From Vulcanimicrobiota bacterium (GTDB lineage: Bacteria; Vulcanimicrobiota; Vulcanimicrobiia; Vulcanimicrobiales; Vulcanimicrobiaceae), in the NCBI GenBank assembly GCA_963714015.1, contig OY970223.1, positions 1,632,001 to 1,696,000 on the forward strand: a DNA stretch of 64,000 nt. Direction: 5' to 3'. The notes beneath the pieces were generated by a model. The model saw only the letters and a program-made list of their open reading frames with translations, had not been told where the DNA came from and did not search any database. Made by a program: the position numbers and the translations under genes. Below, piece by piece: positions 61,650 through 64,000 of the stretch (positions are counted from its first letter, which is position 1; each line of letters begins with the position of its first letter).

Positions 61650-63283
61650 ACGCGCCGCTTTTACTTGCCGCAATTTTCAACGGTACCTGGCAGGGTACGC
61701 TGCTTTGCGGTGCCGCCTACGCGGTGTTGCGCCGCGCGCGAAGCTGGAACGCCTCTACGCTGTTTACCGTGTGGAGCATACTGCTTGCGATTTGCGTTGT
61801 GCTGCCGTTTGCCGACTACGCGTTTGCGACCCGCGCGGATACCGTTTGGGTCGAAAAAACGCCGGTAGCCGCGATGCATTCGGTTCATCAATTCGTTGCG
61901 CCGGCGGTTCCTGCGGCCGTTCACCCGTCCGTGCGCGTCGTCGCGGAGCGTGCGGGATTGGAATTCAGCATATTTGCGCGACCGCTGCTCTTGGCGATTG
62001 CGCTTTTAGCGGCGCTGCGGCTGCTGCTTTTGGCACGCGACCTCGGCGGCATGATCGCCGCGCGGCGCGCGGCGCGTCGAATTCAGGCGCCCGTCACCCT
62101 CGCCCGGCCCGTTTGCCGTCCATACGCTTTTGCCGCATCACGATCGCTGACATCACCTTGCGTGCTTGGTTTTCTCCCGGCGCTGATCGTCATTCCGGAG
62201 GCGCTGCTGGAGGCCGGCGCCGCCGAACTGCGTGCAATCGTTTTGCATGAGGCCGAGCACGTGCGCCGGTACGACGACGTGCAAAACGTCCTGCACCGCG
62301 TGGTCGGGGCGATCGGATTTTTTTCTCCGGCGGTGCGAATCGCCTTGCGCGAATTGGCACTGTATCGCGAACAAATCTGCGACGACGCCGCAGTCGACGG
62401 ACTGGGCGATGCCGGGGCCTACGCGCGGGCGTTGACGGATATGGCACAGTGGGCGCAAGGGCGGGGCGTTCCCGTACCGAGTTTCATCTTCACGCGAAAG
62501 CAGCTCGTGCGGCGTTTGGAGATGCTGCTCGACAGCGCGGTAAATCATTCGCTTCGCGTGCAGCGCAAATTTGCGTTTACCGCGGCGGCAGCGGGCATTG
62601 TCACTGCAGTACTCGTGCTGCGTCTGCAGATGCCTGTTGTGGCGCAAGGCGTTATCGTCGCGCAAGCAAGCCGCCCGATCGTGGAGCACCACGCAACGGC
62701 GGCGCGTGCATCGTCACACCACGCCTCACCAAAAGCGGCGGTACGCCCGCCGCCGGCTGCGACGCCTACCGCTGCGCCCGCAGTTTCCCAGCAAGCGACG
62801 CGCGTAATTGCGCCGGAAAAGCGTAAACGCGTGTACTCATCCGCTTCCACATACAAAATAACTGCCGCGCCTTATGCAGTCGGCTATTCCCGATACGCCG
62901 CGGCACCCACCTCGCCGCCCGCCCCGAAACCGCGATCGGAAGATTTACTGGATGCTCTGAACGGCGCCGGGCTCTCGCACCTTTCGGTGGATGATCTCAT
63001 TGCGCTGCACGATAACGGTGTGAGCTCCCGGCTCATCTACGCGGCGCAAGCCTACTTCGGCGCCTCGGTGACTGCGCATATGCTCGTGGAACTTGCCGAT
63101 CGCGGTGTAGCACCGGAGTACCTCCAGTCGCTCAGTTCCGTTGGTTTGCAGGGCTTGGCGGTCGGTGATGTGGAGCGTCTTCGCGATCACGGCGTGACGG
63201 CGCAATACATCCAACGCATTCGCGCGTATAATCCGCGGGCGAGCGTCGACGAAATCGTCCGCCTTCGCGACTCGGGTTTTTAG
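61646..63283 (+). CDS. M56 (BlaR1-like) metallopeptidase with C-terminal helical repeats
   Basis: HEAEHVRRYD, REQICDD; about 25-aa repeats. Confidence 0.9.
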   Translation: MNAPLLLAAIFNGTWQGTLLCGAAYAVLRRARSWNASTLFTVWSILLAICVVLPFADYAFATRADTVWVEKTPVAAMHSVHQFVAPAVPAAVHPSVRVVAERAGLEFSIFARPLLLAIALLAALRLLLLARDLGGMIAARRAARRIQAPVTLARPVCRPYAFAASRSLTSPCVLGFLPALIVIPEALLEAGAAELRAIVLHEAEHVRRYDDVQNVLHRVVGAIGFFSPAVRIALRELALYREQICDDAAVDGLGDAGAYARALTDMAQWAQGRGVPVPSFIFTRKQLVRRLEMLLDSAVNHSLRVQRKFAFTAAAAGIVTAVLVLRLQMPVVAQGVIVAQASRPIVEHHATAARASSHHASPKAAVRPPPAATPTAAPAVSQQATRVIAPEKRKRVYSSASTYKITAAPYAVGYSRYAAAPTSPPAPKPRSEDLLDALNGAGLSHLSVDDLIALHDNGVSSRLIYAAQAYFGASVTAHMLVELADRGVAPEYLQSLSSVGLQGLAVGDVERLRDHGVTAQYIQRIRAYNPRASVDEIVRLRDSGF

Positions 63284-63296
63284 AAAGGCATACGAA

Positions 63297-64000
63297 GTGA
63301 AAATTGCACTTGCACTCTGCAGTCTACTCTTAATTCTTTCGTTTCCTATGCAGGCACGGAGCGCGGAAACGTACACGGGCACGTGGCACATCGATCCCTC
63401 GGGCGGCGCCGGCACCGTGTCGTTGACGTTGACGTATCGCCGGCAAGACTCCGAAGGCAACGACAGACTGGGAAGAAAGCAACGATACGCCGATCTCGCG
63501 ATTGCAGGGTCTCTCCCAGAGCGATTTGAGTTCATCCGGCGAGCATAAGCATTTCATAATCGCCGGAGATGCCGGCAACTTTGAAGCCGACGGCTGGCTC
63601 GCCCGCGGCCAAGGCTCAGGTACCTGGGTTTTCGTGCCGAACGCGTCGTTCGGTGACGAGCTCCAGCGGCGCGGCATCGGCCGGCCCTCCGGCAAGCAGC
63701 AATTCGAACTTGCAATCGGCGGTTTCCGGTTCTCCATGCTCGACGATCTGAACAGAGCGGGGTTTGAGCGCCCGGGCGTTGACGATCTCGTCCGCATGAG
63801 CGAACACGGCGTCGATTCGCAGTACGTCGATGCGATGCGAAACATCCCGCTACGTCCGAAGACCGTCGGCCAACTCATCCGTATGCGCGATCACGGCGTC
63901 GACGCGGCCTTTGCCGCCGATATGCTGCGGCGCGATCCGCGCCTGACGGGCGACGATCTGGTAAATCTGCGCGACCACGGCGTGAGCACGCAATTCATGG
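63297..64000 (+). CDS. Secreted RDHGV-repeat protein (frameshifted, runs off window)
   Basis: Signal peptide in ORF 63297; frame from 63541 gives LVRMSEHGV, LIRMRDHGV, LVNLRDHGV. Confidence 0.8.

Noticed and set aside
5965..64000. attR duplicate of the tmRNA 3' end
   Set aside because: No second CAGCTCCACCA seen by eye; the nearest look-alike (GGTTCCACCA near 9482) is short and inside an ORF
1..64000. CRISPR array, rRNA or tRNA genes
   Set aside because: No regularly spaced repeats or cloverleafs seen

Overview
GC-rich bacterial chromosome segment. The gene repertoire (orphan lipoproteins, PQQ propeller, XRE-STAND-TPR, ECF/YCII pairs) suggests a soil lineage such as Eremiobacterota/Vulcanimicrobiota, but that is inference only. 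The window opens with the 3' part of uvrC, a 4-TM holin-like gene, a SatP-family transporter and secreted proteins. A one-piece tmRNA follows (5610-5964, tag ANTEYALAA) with a non-canonical GGCAGUA T-loop. Downstream of ssrA is a decayed accessory mosaic (~6-21 kb) of VOC and GNAT genes, a methyltransferase, orphan lipoproteins and a broken ISL3 element with apparent passengers; no integrase is visible. The rest holds two YCII-ECF42 pairs and an ECF41 with recognisable promoters, an arsR-arsI-aquaporin operon with a vestigial arsC, CLC, MocR, amt, a SigB/F-type partner-switching locus, an S9 peptidase, a GGDEF protein, DUF899, a ugd/uxs sugar cluster and hemerythrin. The best candidates for undescribed systems are (1) the DUF1326-DUF2182-TetR-hydrolase/glycosyltransferase operon, (2) a palindromic, probably bidirectional ECF42 promoter with a leaderless CxxC ORF ahead of DUF899, and (3) a BlaI/M56 locus built from 'RDHGV' repeats. 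About a dozen genes carry single frameshifts, probably assembly indels. All family calls are by-eye motif recognition; no searches were run.
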